From Ginglymostoma cirratum (Eukaryota), in NCBI GenBank assembly GCA_024137785.1, contig JAHRHZ010000061.1:2010066-2074065 (forward strand): a DNA stretch of 64,000 bases, in the 5' to 3' direction. The position numbers and the translations under genes are program-made. Of this stretch, positions 53,520-64,000 are shown piece by piece. The notes beneath the pieces were generated by a model. It had not been told where the DNA came from and searched no databases. It saw only the letters and a list, made by a program, of their open reading frames with translations. How positions within the stretch are numbered: position 1 is the stretch's first letter; every line of letters starts with the position of its first letter.

Positions 53520-53725
53520 ATGCAAAAGCATAAACGTTGTGGAAGCTGGAAATATGAAATAAAAATAAAATATGCTATAAATACTCGGCAGTCAGGCAGC
53601 ATGAGTACAGAGAGAAACAGAGTTTATTATTCAGATTGGTGAGTTGTTAGTATCGACCTTAAATGTCAATTCTGATTCTCCCCCCACAAATGTTGCCTGA
53701 CCTGCTAAACATTCCAAACAGTTTG
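53520..53725. repeat. Degenerate palindromic Penelope-terminus element
   Basis: Arms gcagtcaggcagcat...agagaaacagagt / tctgattctc...atgttgcctgacctgc. Confidence 0.55.
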
Positions 53726-53839
53726 TGAAAAAAAGTAACCTGAAATCAAAGTGGCTTTGGCATCAAATAGATGGCGCATTCACTTCTATACAATTAAAAC
53801 TAAAATATACCTAGACTGCTTTATGTTCCCTAGTCCTAC

Positions 53840-53988
53840 CTTTATCACTTTTTTGTTGATCAGTGGATCCACTCCTATTCTTTTTCTTTTTTCTTGTCAC
53901 TGTTGTGTTCTTGCGGTCAAAAGTTACTGGACTGTATTGTGGAAGGCTGTTGAATTTCTTTGCAAACTCCTGCTCTAGATTCCCCAAC
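53840..53988 (-). CDS. BBX: BBX coding exon
   Basis: ctttctag|G...G|gtagga, phases 2/1, 149 nt. LEQEFAKKFNSLPQYSPVTFDRK...RKKKK. Confidence 0.93.
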
Positions 53989-54031
53989 CTAGAAAGATGA
54001 CAAGAAAGTTCTTAAGTACATTATTTCCACA

Positions 54032-54203
54032 CAAGAACAACACAAAAATTGCTAGTAAAACTCAAAATGGAGTTTTGAAAAAGGGTCACTGGACCGAAAT
54101 GTTAACACAGATTCCTCTCCACGGATGCTGCCAGACCTGCTGAGGTTTTCTGGCAATTTCTGCTTTTATTTCTGATTTCCAACATCCATGGGTCTTTTGG
54201 TTT
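54032..54203 (+). mobile_element. Penelope-terminus cassette with 15-bp TSD
   Basis: TSD tacattatttccaca (54017-54031 / 54204-54218). Degenerate core ttgaaaaagggtcactggaccgaaa. Confidence 0.75.
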
Positions 54204-54399
54204 TACATTATTTCCACAGTCTTGATCATCCACAGGTTTTCAAGACTTTTTCTACAGTTCCAAATAAACAAGATAAACTCTTTTTGTGAAGGGAACAGTC
54301 AGCACAGAGCGATTGTAGAAAACACTGCATGGGAAATAGTGTGCAAAAGTTGGAAATTTGGTGCAAATAGGAAGTCAGGGCAGGGGGAAAGGAGGTGTT

Positions 54400-56070
54400 T
54401 GCTACTTTTTGCCTCTGATGTAGTAGTTTGTGTAAGTTTGCAGTAGTTAGTATTTAAAAAAACTTAAGTATTTATATAAATAATAAATATATAAATAATC
54501 TGGATTAAGGTATGGCAGAACGGGCTGTGGGCCTGGATATTATGTGGGAATTTGTGGGCACAGAGGTCAGCCTTGGACACATCTATAGTAGGTATTTCCA
54601 TTTGGTTCTCTGGGGCTCAGAGTAATGGAGTTGGAGTATAGAGTGGAGAACTTGACTCAGGAGCAGTACCTGGACAGTTTGCTTTGAACACTGTTGGCCT
54701 ACCCAAACCAAACAGATTACAGCAGTTCAAGGTAGCAGCTCACTAACCAGGGATGGATAATAATTGCCCATAATGTCGATGAATACCAGGAACGAATTAA
54801 AAAAGACTTTGGTCAACTCTGTGGAGACATGTGGATTCATAAGGGTTTTGGAATGGCTGATAGTGTACAATGTAAGAGAATAAGATAACTCAGTTAGAAA
54901 AACAATGCATTTATAACAAGTATAATCGCTACCTGTGAGATAAGCATAAAGATTTTCAGAAGGATAGCCAGAATGCAGACATGGCAGGTCGGAACAGGAG
55001 ACTATCCATAAAAGGCAAGGAAAACAACAAGTGCAATAGATATTTGTCAAGGGTTCATTATTATAGAGAAAGTGTGTTCAAGAGCCTGTGCCAGGGTGAG
55101 TAATCTATAAAACTACTTGAAATGATAATGGCAGGGAGGGGACGGATCCAATCATTGTAATCCATACTGGGATCAACTCAGATAGAAGAGTAAGCACGAG
55201 ATCCTGTTTAGACAGTACCAGGAACTAGGGGAGCTAAATTAAAGATCTGGGTTATAATATGGATCATTTCCAGTGTCATGTGCAAATTGGCGCAAACAAA
55301 TTAGAGAGGTGACCATGTGGCTAGGAAAACACAATTCCATATGGGACACCGATGCCAGAAATAAGACATAAAGGAACTATTCTATTAGATTAGGCTCCAG
55401 CTAAGAGAGGCTGGTACCAGTATCCTGCCATAGAGGTTAAATAGAGTGATGAAAGAACTTTGAACTAGTGAATGGATGGATTGGGAGGCAAGAAGATTGC
55501 AAATAAAGAAAGTAGTAGCAATAATGGTTCAAAAATGTGACAGGGAATAGAAACTGTGCTCTAGGCAATAAATGTAAAGGGAAAAGTACAAGATATAATT
55601 AAACTAGGAAACAGAAATAAGAAACATATGCTTAAAGGTAAGAATTTAAGAACAGATGGAGGGTGTGTAATCCAAATAGGTGTCCTTCACAAAAAACATG
55701 GAGAAATAAGAAACAGGCTGAATGAAATACAGTTGCAAATTCAACTTGGAGTGTATGACATGGTAGCCATTTTTAAGACATGGCTATAAAGATGGTCAGG
55801 ACTGGAAACTAAACATACCAGGGTGCATGGTCAGTAGAAAAGTAAGGTGCATTCTAGAAGGGAAGCAGCAGTGATTAAGGGCTTCTACAATGAGAGGTTA
55901 TGAGAGATATTCAGGCAATTGAAACTTTATGGGCGGAGATAATCAAAAAGGTTTTAAGAATGTTGAAGGAGTTGCATATAAGTCCCTCCTGGTCACTGTT
56001 GTGAAGTGGTAGATTACATAAATGCAGGTATTAACCAAACATGTATCAATTACAGAGTGATCTTAATAGT
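54400..56070 (+). mobile_element. Old CR1 LINE 5'/internal region (ORF1 and endonuclease), heavily decayed
   Basis: Endonuclease-like remnants (tatgacatggtagccatt...acatggct; ctaaacataccagggt; gaaactttatggg) similar to 59905-60386. Confidence 0.5.
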
Positions 56071-57085
56071 TACCGGTTCAGAGGCATGCCATACTAGATT
56101 CAGTATGGAATTATAAACCAGATTTCGTTAATAACGCATGAACACTTAGGTAACAATAATCATAATATTGAGGAAGAAACACCAAACAGATCGATTTAAC
56201 AACACAAACAGCCATCAATGACTAAAAAGATGGATGACAACAAAGAACCAAAAGAAAAACAATACAAAAATGCAAAAAAACAAGAGAACAAATGTGAAAC
56301 AACAAAGGGTAAGAAAGCAGATAGAAAAGGACTACAAACTCGGATTGTGAAAATAAACTTGTGAGGATTATCAAAAGTCAACACAGTTTTACAATTATAT
56401 TGAGAAAAGTCAACTTCCATCAGAACTGTCTTTATAAAATCTCATGTTACTGTTATAGTTTACCATTGCCAGTGGATATGTATTAAAACGGATAGTGCTA
56501 ATACACAAAATAGAAGAAAGTTAGAAATACAGTAGTTTTTGTCAGAAGTGAGAAACTTTAAAACCACAGGCAGAATTTTTTCCTCACTAAATAAATGCTC
56601 AATATTGCGCAGTTGGAAGTCACACCACACCAGGTTATGAAACATACGGTTTATTTGAAATCACAAGCTTTCATAGCACTGCTCCTTCATCAGGTTACTC
56701 AGTTATGGAAGGAAAAAACAGCTTGCGCAACACTTTTCAAAATGATCTTGATGGCAAGATGATCTTTTAAAAAAAAACCCTTTAACAGCTGACATTTTAT
56801 TCATTTGCAAAAAAAATGCACTGTATGAGGCTGTCAGTCACAGTTATAAGCATGTATCACAAAGAGATTCATGGCGTCAAAGACATATTCTTATTTCCAA
56901 GGTCCATTGAAAATCAGATATCAGTGATAACTCTATTTTATAATGTTACAACTTGCAAGTCAGACACAAAAGACTGCTTGCCACACAAATCCATCAGCTA
57001 AACATGAGTGAATGGGAGACAGGCTGCTAGGTTAAATCTCTAACATGAGTGGAGAAAAAAGCAGAGAAAGAAATTGACTACTCAC

Positions 57086-57224
57086 CCAAGAGCAGATTCA
57101 TCTTTCTGTTTCAACTTCTTCAACTTCTTGGTTCCACTAGTCCCAATATTCGAAAATGACCAATCTTCCTCCTTCCAACATCCCTCATGGTCAGATGAAC
57201 CCCCTTTTCCTGAAGCTTTCTTAC
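57086..57224 (-). CDS. BBX: BBX coding exon (most 5' BBX exon found in the window)
   Basis: cttttag|GT...GG|gtgagt, phases 1/2, 139 nt. KKASGKGGSSDHEGCWKEEDWSFS...SGTKKLKK. HMG-box exons were not seen and presumably lie beyond the window. Confidence 0.9.
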
Positions 57225-58224
57225 CTAAAAGAAATGCAAACCCATTCTTATGTCATTCAGTAAACACACCAGGGAGTGCATCTATATTGCACCATAGCAA
57301 ACCATCAGACTCCTTCAAAACCCGATACTTATTCCCAACATTGATCTGGCTTATGTCCTTTCAATATCACCTCTCCAAGGTTTTCTTTGTAAACAATAGC
57401 TTCGATAGAGATGAAAATAATATTATTAAAATAGAGGTTTAAACTGTCATTATTCCAATTTATTTGAGAATTCATTAGCAAACCTTTTAAGCCATACAAT
57501 AAAGAGATAATGTTAGCTACATCTTCTGCCTTGCACTTTTGAACTGCACAGACTCATCAGCTATGGTCTGAGATCTGCAGTTCTCCATTCAGGAAGACTA
57601 ATCAGCGCTGCAACAATTGGCCATGTTATACACAATAACTGTCTGCCAGCTGCCAGATCAGCAAAATACCAGGAACTTGTAGACAAAATGCTCCTATTAG
57701 ATGAATCTTGCCTCTTTCGTTCGGCTACAGAGGTGAGCATTAAAGTCAGTATATCTTTGCCTTCAATGACTTCTTTGGTAGCCTCTGGGTCACTGATTTC
57801 AGCAAATTGACAGTTAAAATTTATGCAGGGCACTCCGTATGTTTGAAAGCTCTCATCTGCTGATAAAAGGGGCAGGATCAACAGTGTCAGTTCCACAAAC
57901 GTCAGATTGCAGCAAGTATTACTGGAGATAAAAGTTTAGATTTTAGATCCTACCTCTGCAATGTGGGGACAAATGTTACCTGGGAAATATCTTGGGTGGC
58001 TCTTGTGATCCTTAAAAATTTACTTATTCATGGGATGCGAGTATATGATAGGACAAGGCTACTATCAACTTCTTCAACTTCCTGGTTCCACCTTGTACTT
58101 GAGATGGTCTTAGTGAGCCACCTTCATAAACTGTTGCAGTTTGTATGGTAAAGGTACTCCCACGGTACTATTAGAAAAGGAGTTCCAGGATTTTGACCCA
58201 ATGAGTAACAAAATATTCACAAAT

Positions 58225-58595
58225 GACCTTATAGAGGTTTACAAAGTCACAAGGGGCACAGATAGGGTGACTAGCCAAGCCTTTTACCCAGGGTAAGGGA
58301 GTACAAAACCAGAGGGCAGAAGTTTAAGCTGAAAGGGGAAAGATTTAAAAGGGACCTAAGGGGCAACTTTTTCACACAGAGGGTGATGTGTGTATGGAAT
58401 GAGCTGACAGAGGAAGTGGGGGAGGCTGGTACAATTATACCATTTAAAAGTCATCTGGAGGGGTATATGAATAGGAAGGATTTAGAGGTATATGGGTCAA
58501 ATGCTGGCAAATGGGACTAGATTTATATAGGATATCTGGTTAGCATGGATGAATTGGATCAAATGGTCTGTTTCCATGCTGTATATTTCTATGAT
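58225..58595 (+). mobile_element. CR1 LINE 3' end
   Basis: gaccttatagaggtttacaaa...tttttcacacagagggtg...ggtctgtttccatgctgtat. Confidence 0.8.
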
Positions 58596-59339
58596 TGTAA
58601 GTTAGTTTGGTGTACGGCTTCGAAGAAAATTTAAAGGTGCTGATATTTGCATGTGCTGCTGATCTTGCCGTTCCAGTTGATAGAGGTTTTGGAGTTGAAA
58701 CAAAACCAAAACCTGCTGAAGAAACTCAGCAGGTCTGGCAGCATCTGTGGGAAGAAAGCAGAGTTAACGTTTTGAGTCCAATGACTCTTCATCAAAGGAT
58801 TCGGATTTGGTAGGTGCTGTCAAAAGAGCCTTGTTGAGTTGCTGGAATGCATCTTACAGATGGTACACACTGAAACCATGACGTGCGTATGGAGGAGGGA
58901 GCACATTTTTACATGATAGATGGGATGCCAATCACGCAGGTTGCTTTGTCCTCCATGTTACTGAACTTCTTATATATTGTTGGAGCTGCACTCTAAATGT
59001 TGAAGCGTCAAGCAATTTGTGATTTGTCACATAGCTGCCAATATGAGGGATGCACAGACTGGCTGAGTAAATAGAGACAAATTGTGCCTGTGATAGCTTT
59101 TGCTCATGGGTGAGGAATAACTGACTAATAAACAAAGTACAGCAAGTTAGGAAATCTTGGTTCTTTGCCACCTGGGGTCACATTCATCTTCTTAAATCAT
59201 TGAAATTTCACTATAGCATTTTACGTCTTTAAGCAACAGTATTATTTTGTATTTCTATGGCACCCTTTACTACGTTAAAGGAACTAAAGTCAATCAGACG
59301 ACTATAATAAAAAATAAATACATAGTCATCAACAAAGAG

Positions 59340-59890
59340 ATATAAAGAGGTAAGAAGGTAAGAATGTAAAAAATAAGAACAGAGTTGGCCCTTTGAGGTT
59401 GCTTTGCTGTTCAACATGGTTGATCTGCTATGTCAACTTCCCTGCACCACATCATTTCCACATCTCTTGACTCCTTAAGTATAGAAAAACATATCAATAT
59501 ATAGCCTAAATAAATCATCCAAATAAAATTCTCCTCATCTCTGTCCTAAGTGGCCAATGTATTCTCAGACTGTAGTCTCTGTTTTTTGACTTGCCAGCCA
59601 AGGAACATATCCTCCCAGCATGAAGTACGTTAAGAATTTTCTATGTTTCAATGAAGATGAACTTCTCAGTCTAATTAATATGATTTAGCAGGACAATCCT
59701 CTCATCCCAGAAATCATTCAGGTGAAGCCTTGTTGCACTGCCTCAGAGGCAGGTATATCTTAGTTAAGATGACCAAAGGTGAACATAATACTACAGCTGC
59801 AGTCTCATCAAAGTCCTACACAATTAAATATAGACTTTATGTATCTTTATATTCCACTCCCTTCGTAATAAAGGCTAAAATGTATTTTCT
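59340..59890 (-). mobile_element. CR1 LINE 3' end, decayed
   Basis: Reverse-complement ORF2 C-terminal motifs (aagaattttctatgtttcaatgaag). Confidence 0.6.
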
Positions 59891-60386
59891 CAATTGCTTG
59901 CATGCCTGATATGATGTAATTGGGATCATGGAGACCTGGCTCCAGGGTATCCAAGGATGGGAACTCAACATCCGGGGTTATTCAATTTTCAGGAAAGATG
60001 GATGGAAAAGGAAAGGGAGGTGGGGTACCACTGCTCATTACAGGAGGAGATTAACACAATTTTAAGAGAGGACATTAGTCTGGATAACGTGGAATCAGCA
60101 TGGGTAGAGCTGCTGGACACCAAAGAGAAAAAGATGTTAGTGGGAGTTATGCGCAGACCACCAAACAGTAGTTGTGAGGTTGGGGATTGTATCAAACAGT
60201 AAATAAGAGATATATATGCTGTAAGGGGATAGCAGTTATTATGGATGACTTCAATCTACATATTGATTGGACCATCTAAACTGGTAGCAATGTGATGGAG
60301 AAAGATTTCATGGAATGTAAGAGGGATGGTTTCCTTGACCAATATGTTGAGGAACCAACCAGATAGCAAGCCATCCTAGACTCAGT

Positions 60387-62384
60387 GATAACAAGGTGTA
60401 GAGCTGGATGAACACAACAGGCCAAGCAGCATCAGAGGAGCAGGAAAGCTGACATTTTGGGTCTGGACCCTTCTTCAGAAATGGGGGAGGGGAAGGGGGT
60501 TCTGAAATAAATAGAGAGAGGGGGGAAGGCGGATGGAAGATGGATAAAGGAGCAGATAGGTGGGAGAAAAGATGGACAGGTCAGGGAGGTGGGGATGGAA
60601 CCAGTAAAGGTGAGTGTAGATGGGGAGTAGGATGGGCGTTGGTCAGGTCAAGGGAAGATGGACAGGTCAAGGAGGCGGGGATGAAGCTGGTAGGTAGGAG
60701 GAGGGGGTGGGGGTTCAGGTGGGAGGAGTGGATAGGTGGGAGAAAGGATGGACAGGTTAGGGAGGCGGGGACGAGCTGGGCTGGTTTTGGGATGCAGTCG
60801 GGGGAGGGGAGTTTTTTAAGCTTGTGAAGTCCACATTGATACCATTGGGCTGCAGGGTTCCCAAGTGAAATATGAGGTGCTGTTCCTGCAACCTTCGGGT
60901 GGCATCATTGTGGCACTGCAGGAGGCCCAGGATGGACATCCAAGGAGTGGGGAGGGGGAGTCGAAGTCGAAGTGGTTTGCGACTGGGAGATGCAGTCATT
61001 TGTCACGAACCAAGGGTAGGTGTTCCACAAAGCGATCTCCAAGCCTCCGCTTGGGTTCCCTGATGTAGAGGCGGCCACATCGGGAACAGCGGATACAGTA
61101 TACCACATTAGCAGATGTGCAGGTGAACATCTGTTTAATGTGGAAGGTTTTCTTGGGGCCTGGGATGGAGGTGAGGGGGGAGGTGTAGGGGCAGGTGTAG
61201 CACTTCCTGTGGTTGCAGGGAAAAGTGCCGGGGGTGGTGGGGCTAGTGGGGAGTGTGGAAAGGACAAGGCAGTCACGGACAGAGTGGTCCCTCCGGAAAG
61301 CAGATAAGGGTGGGGAGGGAAAATTGTCCTTGGTAGTGGGGTCAGATTGCAGGTGGCAGAAGTGGCAGAGGATGATGCTTTGAATCAGGAGGTTGGTGGG
61401 GTGGTACGTGAGGATGAGGGGGATTCTGTTTTTGTTATTGCAGGGAGTGGGTGTGAGGGATGAATTGCGGAAAACACGAGAGATGTGGTCAAGGGCGATT
61501 TCGACAACTGTGGAGGGGAAGTTGCAGTCCTTGAAAAATGAGGACATCTGGGATGTCCTGGAGTGGAAAGCCTCATCTCGGGAGCAGATGCAGCGGAGGC
61601 GAAGGAATTGGGAATAGGGGATGGCATTTTTGCAGGAAGGTGGGTGAGAGGAGGTGTATTCTAGGTAGCTGTGGGAATCGGTAGGCTTGATATAGATATC
61701 GGTTTCCAGGTGGTTGCCAGAGATGGAAACAGATGTCCAGGAAGGAGAGAGAGGTATCAGAGATGGTCCAGGTGAACTAAAGGTTGGGGTGGAAGGTGTT
61801 AGTAAAGTGGATGAACTGTTCTAGCTCCTCGTGGGGCACGATGCGGCACCGATATAACGGAGGAAGAGGTGGGGGATAGGGCCAGTGTAGCTTTGGAAGA
61901 GGGATTGTTCCACGTATCCTACAAAGAGGCAGGCATAGCTTGGGCCCGTGCGGGTACCCATGACCACCCCCTTTGTCTGTAGGAAGTGGGAGGAATTGAA
62001 AGAGAAGTTGCTGAGGGTGAGGACGAGTTCAGCTAAGCGGACCAGGGTGTCAGTGGAGGGGGTGAGAGAGATAAAAAGGTACTGCAGATGCTGGAGAATC
62101 TGAGATAACAAGGCGTGGGGCTGCATGAACACAGCAGGCCAAGCAGCATCATAGGAGCAGGAAAACTTGACGTTTCGGGCCTAGACCCTTCATCAGAAAA
62201 AGTGGAGGGGGACTGGTCGGGCCTCCGGGACAGGGAGAAGCGGACGGCTTTTAGGCCATCTGCATGGGCAATGCAAGTATATAGGGAGTGGACGTCCATG
62301 GTGAAGATGAGGCGTTGGGGACCAGGGAATCGGAAGTTTTGGAAGAGGTGGAGGGTGTGGGTGGTGTCACGGATGTAGGTGGGG
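60387..62384 (-). mobile_element. Penelope-like element (partial RT, GIY-YIG, terminal module) with 14-bp TSD
   Basis: TMDVHSLYTCI, QTKGVVMGTRTGPSYACLF, LFLRYI, NVVYCIRCSRCGRLYI. TSD atcctagactcagt (60373-60386 / 62385-62398). Confidence 0.92.
62063..62200 (-). mobile_element. Solo Penelope-terminus cassette with intact hammerhead core (62169-62196)
   Basis: Minus strand CTGATGA-A-GGGTCTAGGCCC-GAAA-CG-TC. 11-bp TSD agtggaggggg (62052-62062 / 62201-62211). Removing the cassette restores the RT reading DQSPSTDTLV. Confidence 0.8.
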
Positions 62385-62608
62385 ATCCTAGACTCAGTAC
62401 TGGTTTACGAGAGAGGATTAATTAGCAACATTGTGGTGAGAGATCCTTTGGGGAAGAGTGACCATAATATGGTAGAATTCTTCACTAAGATGGAGTGACA
62501 CAGTCAAATCTGAGACTTGGGTCCTGAACTTAAAGAAAGCTAAGTTTGATGGTATGAGGCATGCTATGGCTAGGATAATCTGGCCCAGGATACTTAAAAG
62601 GTTGCTGT

Positions 62609-62838
62609 AAAACAGGAACAAAAACAGAAGTTACTGGAAAAGCTCAGCAGAGTCTGGTAGCATCTGCAAAGAAAAAAAATCAGAGTTAATATTTTCGGTC
62701 CGGTGATCCTTCCTCAGGACACATGGAACACATGAGGCTCTGAGGAAGGGTCACCGGACCTGAAATCTTAACTCTGATTTTCTTTACAGGTGCTGCCAGA
62801 CCTGCTGAGTTTTTCCAGCAGCTTCTGTTTTTGTTCCA
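62609..62838. mobile_element. Palindromic Penelope-terminus element with two hammerhead-like cores
   Basis: CTGAGGAAGGGTCACCGGACCTGAAA on + (62740) and CTGAGGAAGGATCACCGGACCGAAA on -, inside long inverted arms. Confidence 0.75.
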
Positions 62839-64000
62839 TAGTTAAGGAGCTGATGGTGGATAGGCAATGGCAGTTAAAGAACACATGGATGAATTTCAAC
62901 AATTGTACATCCCTGTCTGGCGTAAGAGTCATCCAGGAAAGGTGGCTCAACCATGGCTAACAGGGGAAAGCAGAGACAGTGTTAAAGCCAAACAGGAAGC
63001 ACACACTTTGGCCAGAAAAAGCAGCAGACCTGAGGACTGGAAGAAATTTAAAATTCAACAGAGGACGACAAATCGGGAGGGGAAAATTGAATATGAAAGT
63101 AAGTTTGTGGAAAACATAAAAACTGACTGCTAGAGCTTCTGTAGATATGTGAACAGAAAAAGACTGGTGAAAACAAATGTAGGTCCCTTGCAGTTAGAAT
63201 CAGGTGAATTCAGAGTGGACAGCAAAGAGATGGCAGACCAGTTGAACAAATACTTTAGATGTGTCTTCAGTAAGGAGGACACAAATAACCTTCAGGAGAC
63301 AGAGGGTCAAGCATAAGAAAGAACTGAAGGAAATCCTTATTAATCAGGAAATGGTATTATGGAAATTGATGGGATTGAAACCCAATAAGTCTGCAGGGCA
63401 CAACACTTTTTGCATCCCTCTTAAGGAAGTGGCCCTAAAAATAGAAGATGCACTGGTGATCATTTTCCAGCATTCTGTAGACTCTGGAAGAGCTCCAATG
63501 GACTGGAGATTAGCTAACGGAAACTTCCCCCCACCTTGTTAAAAAAGGAGGGAGAGAGAACATGGGGAATTACCGGCCAATTAGCCTGACATTGGTGGTG
63601 CGGAAAACGCTGGAGTCAACCATTAAGGATGTAATAACTGGGCATTTGGAAAGCAGTGACAGAATCGTTCCTAGTCAGCATGGATTCACAAAAGGGAAAC
63701 CATGATTGACCAATCTTCTGGAATATTTTGAAGATGTGACCAGTAGAGTGGGCAAAGATGGATCAGTAGATGTTGTGCATCTGGACTTTCAAAAGGCTTT
63801 TAACAAGGTTCCAAACAAGAGATTAGTAAAGAAAATTAAAGCTCATTGTATAGGAGGTAATGCATTGATGTGGATAGAGAGCTGGTTGGCAGACAGGGAG
63901 CAGAGAGTTGGAATAAATAGGTCCTTTTCAGAGTGGCAGGCAGTGACAAGTGGGCGACTGCAGGGTTCAGAGCTGGGACCCCAGCTGTTCACATTATATA

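Larger units (their letters stand above)
59905..64000 (+). mobile_element. CR1 LINE ORF2 (endonuclease to RT), interrupted by nested insertions and running off the window
   Basis: ESAWVEL...RRPPNS and DFNL endonuclease motifs, later SQHGFTKGK, LDFQKAF and QGSELGP-like RT motifs. Split by 60387-62384 and 62609-62838. Confidence 0.88.

Noticed and set aside
57561-57896. 111-aa minus-strand ORF in the BBX intron
   Set aside because: No recognisable motif and no convincing splice sites.

Overview
This is vertebrate genomic DNA, very probably a shark, judging by HE1-type and Deu-type SINEs, CR1 LINEs and Penelope-like elements. It holds two convergent (tail-to-tail) genes, neither captured properly by the ORF track. 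(1) On the + strand (about 4.87-27.36 kb) is an apparently complete Ig-superfamily receptor: leader exon, germline-joined VJ-type V exon, C1-set constant exon, a transmembrane exon with an intramembrane Arg, and a short tail that is tyrosine-free in the best model (about 312-326 aa). The V domain resembles CD28H/TMIGD2 and carries an IEIPPP FG loop. All extracellular splice junctions are canonical, phase 1 and in frame. (2) On the - strand are five 3'-terminal coding exons of BBX (57224 to the stop at 42789), followed by about 9.5 kb of repeat-poor putative 3' UTR. In human the tail-to-tail neighbour of BBX is CD47, followed by IFT57 and HHLA2, the CD28H ligand. The rest of the window is transposon-rich: CR1 fragments, two GIY-YIG Penelope copies, a decayed near-full-span Copia (GalEa-like) LTR element filling the C1-TM intron, and a Gypsy relic. 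There are also many 90-230 bp Penelope-terminus cassettes carrying minimal hammerhead-ribozyme cores, several with their own target-site duplications, both as solo units and as fold-back palindromes. Homology calls come from recognising motifs by eye, not from database searches.
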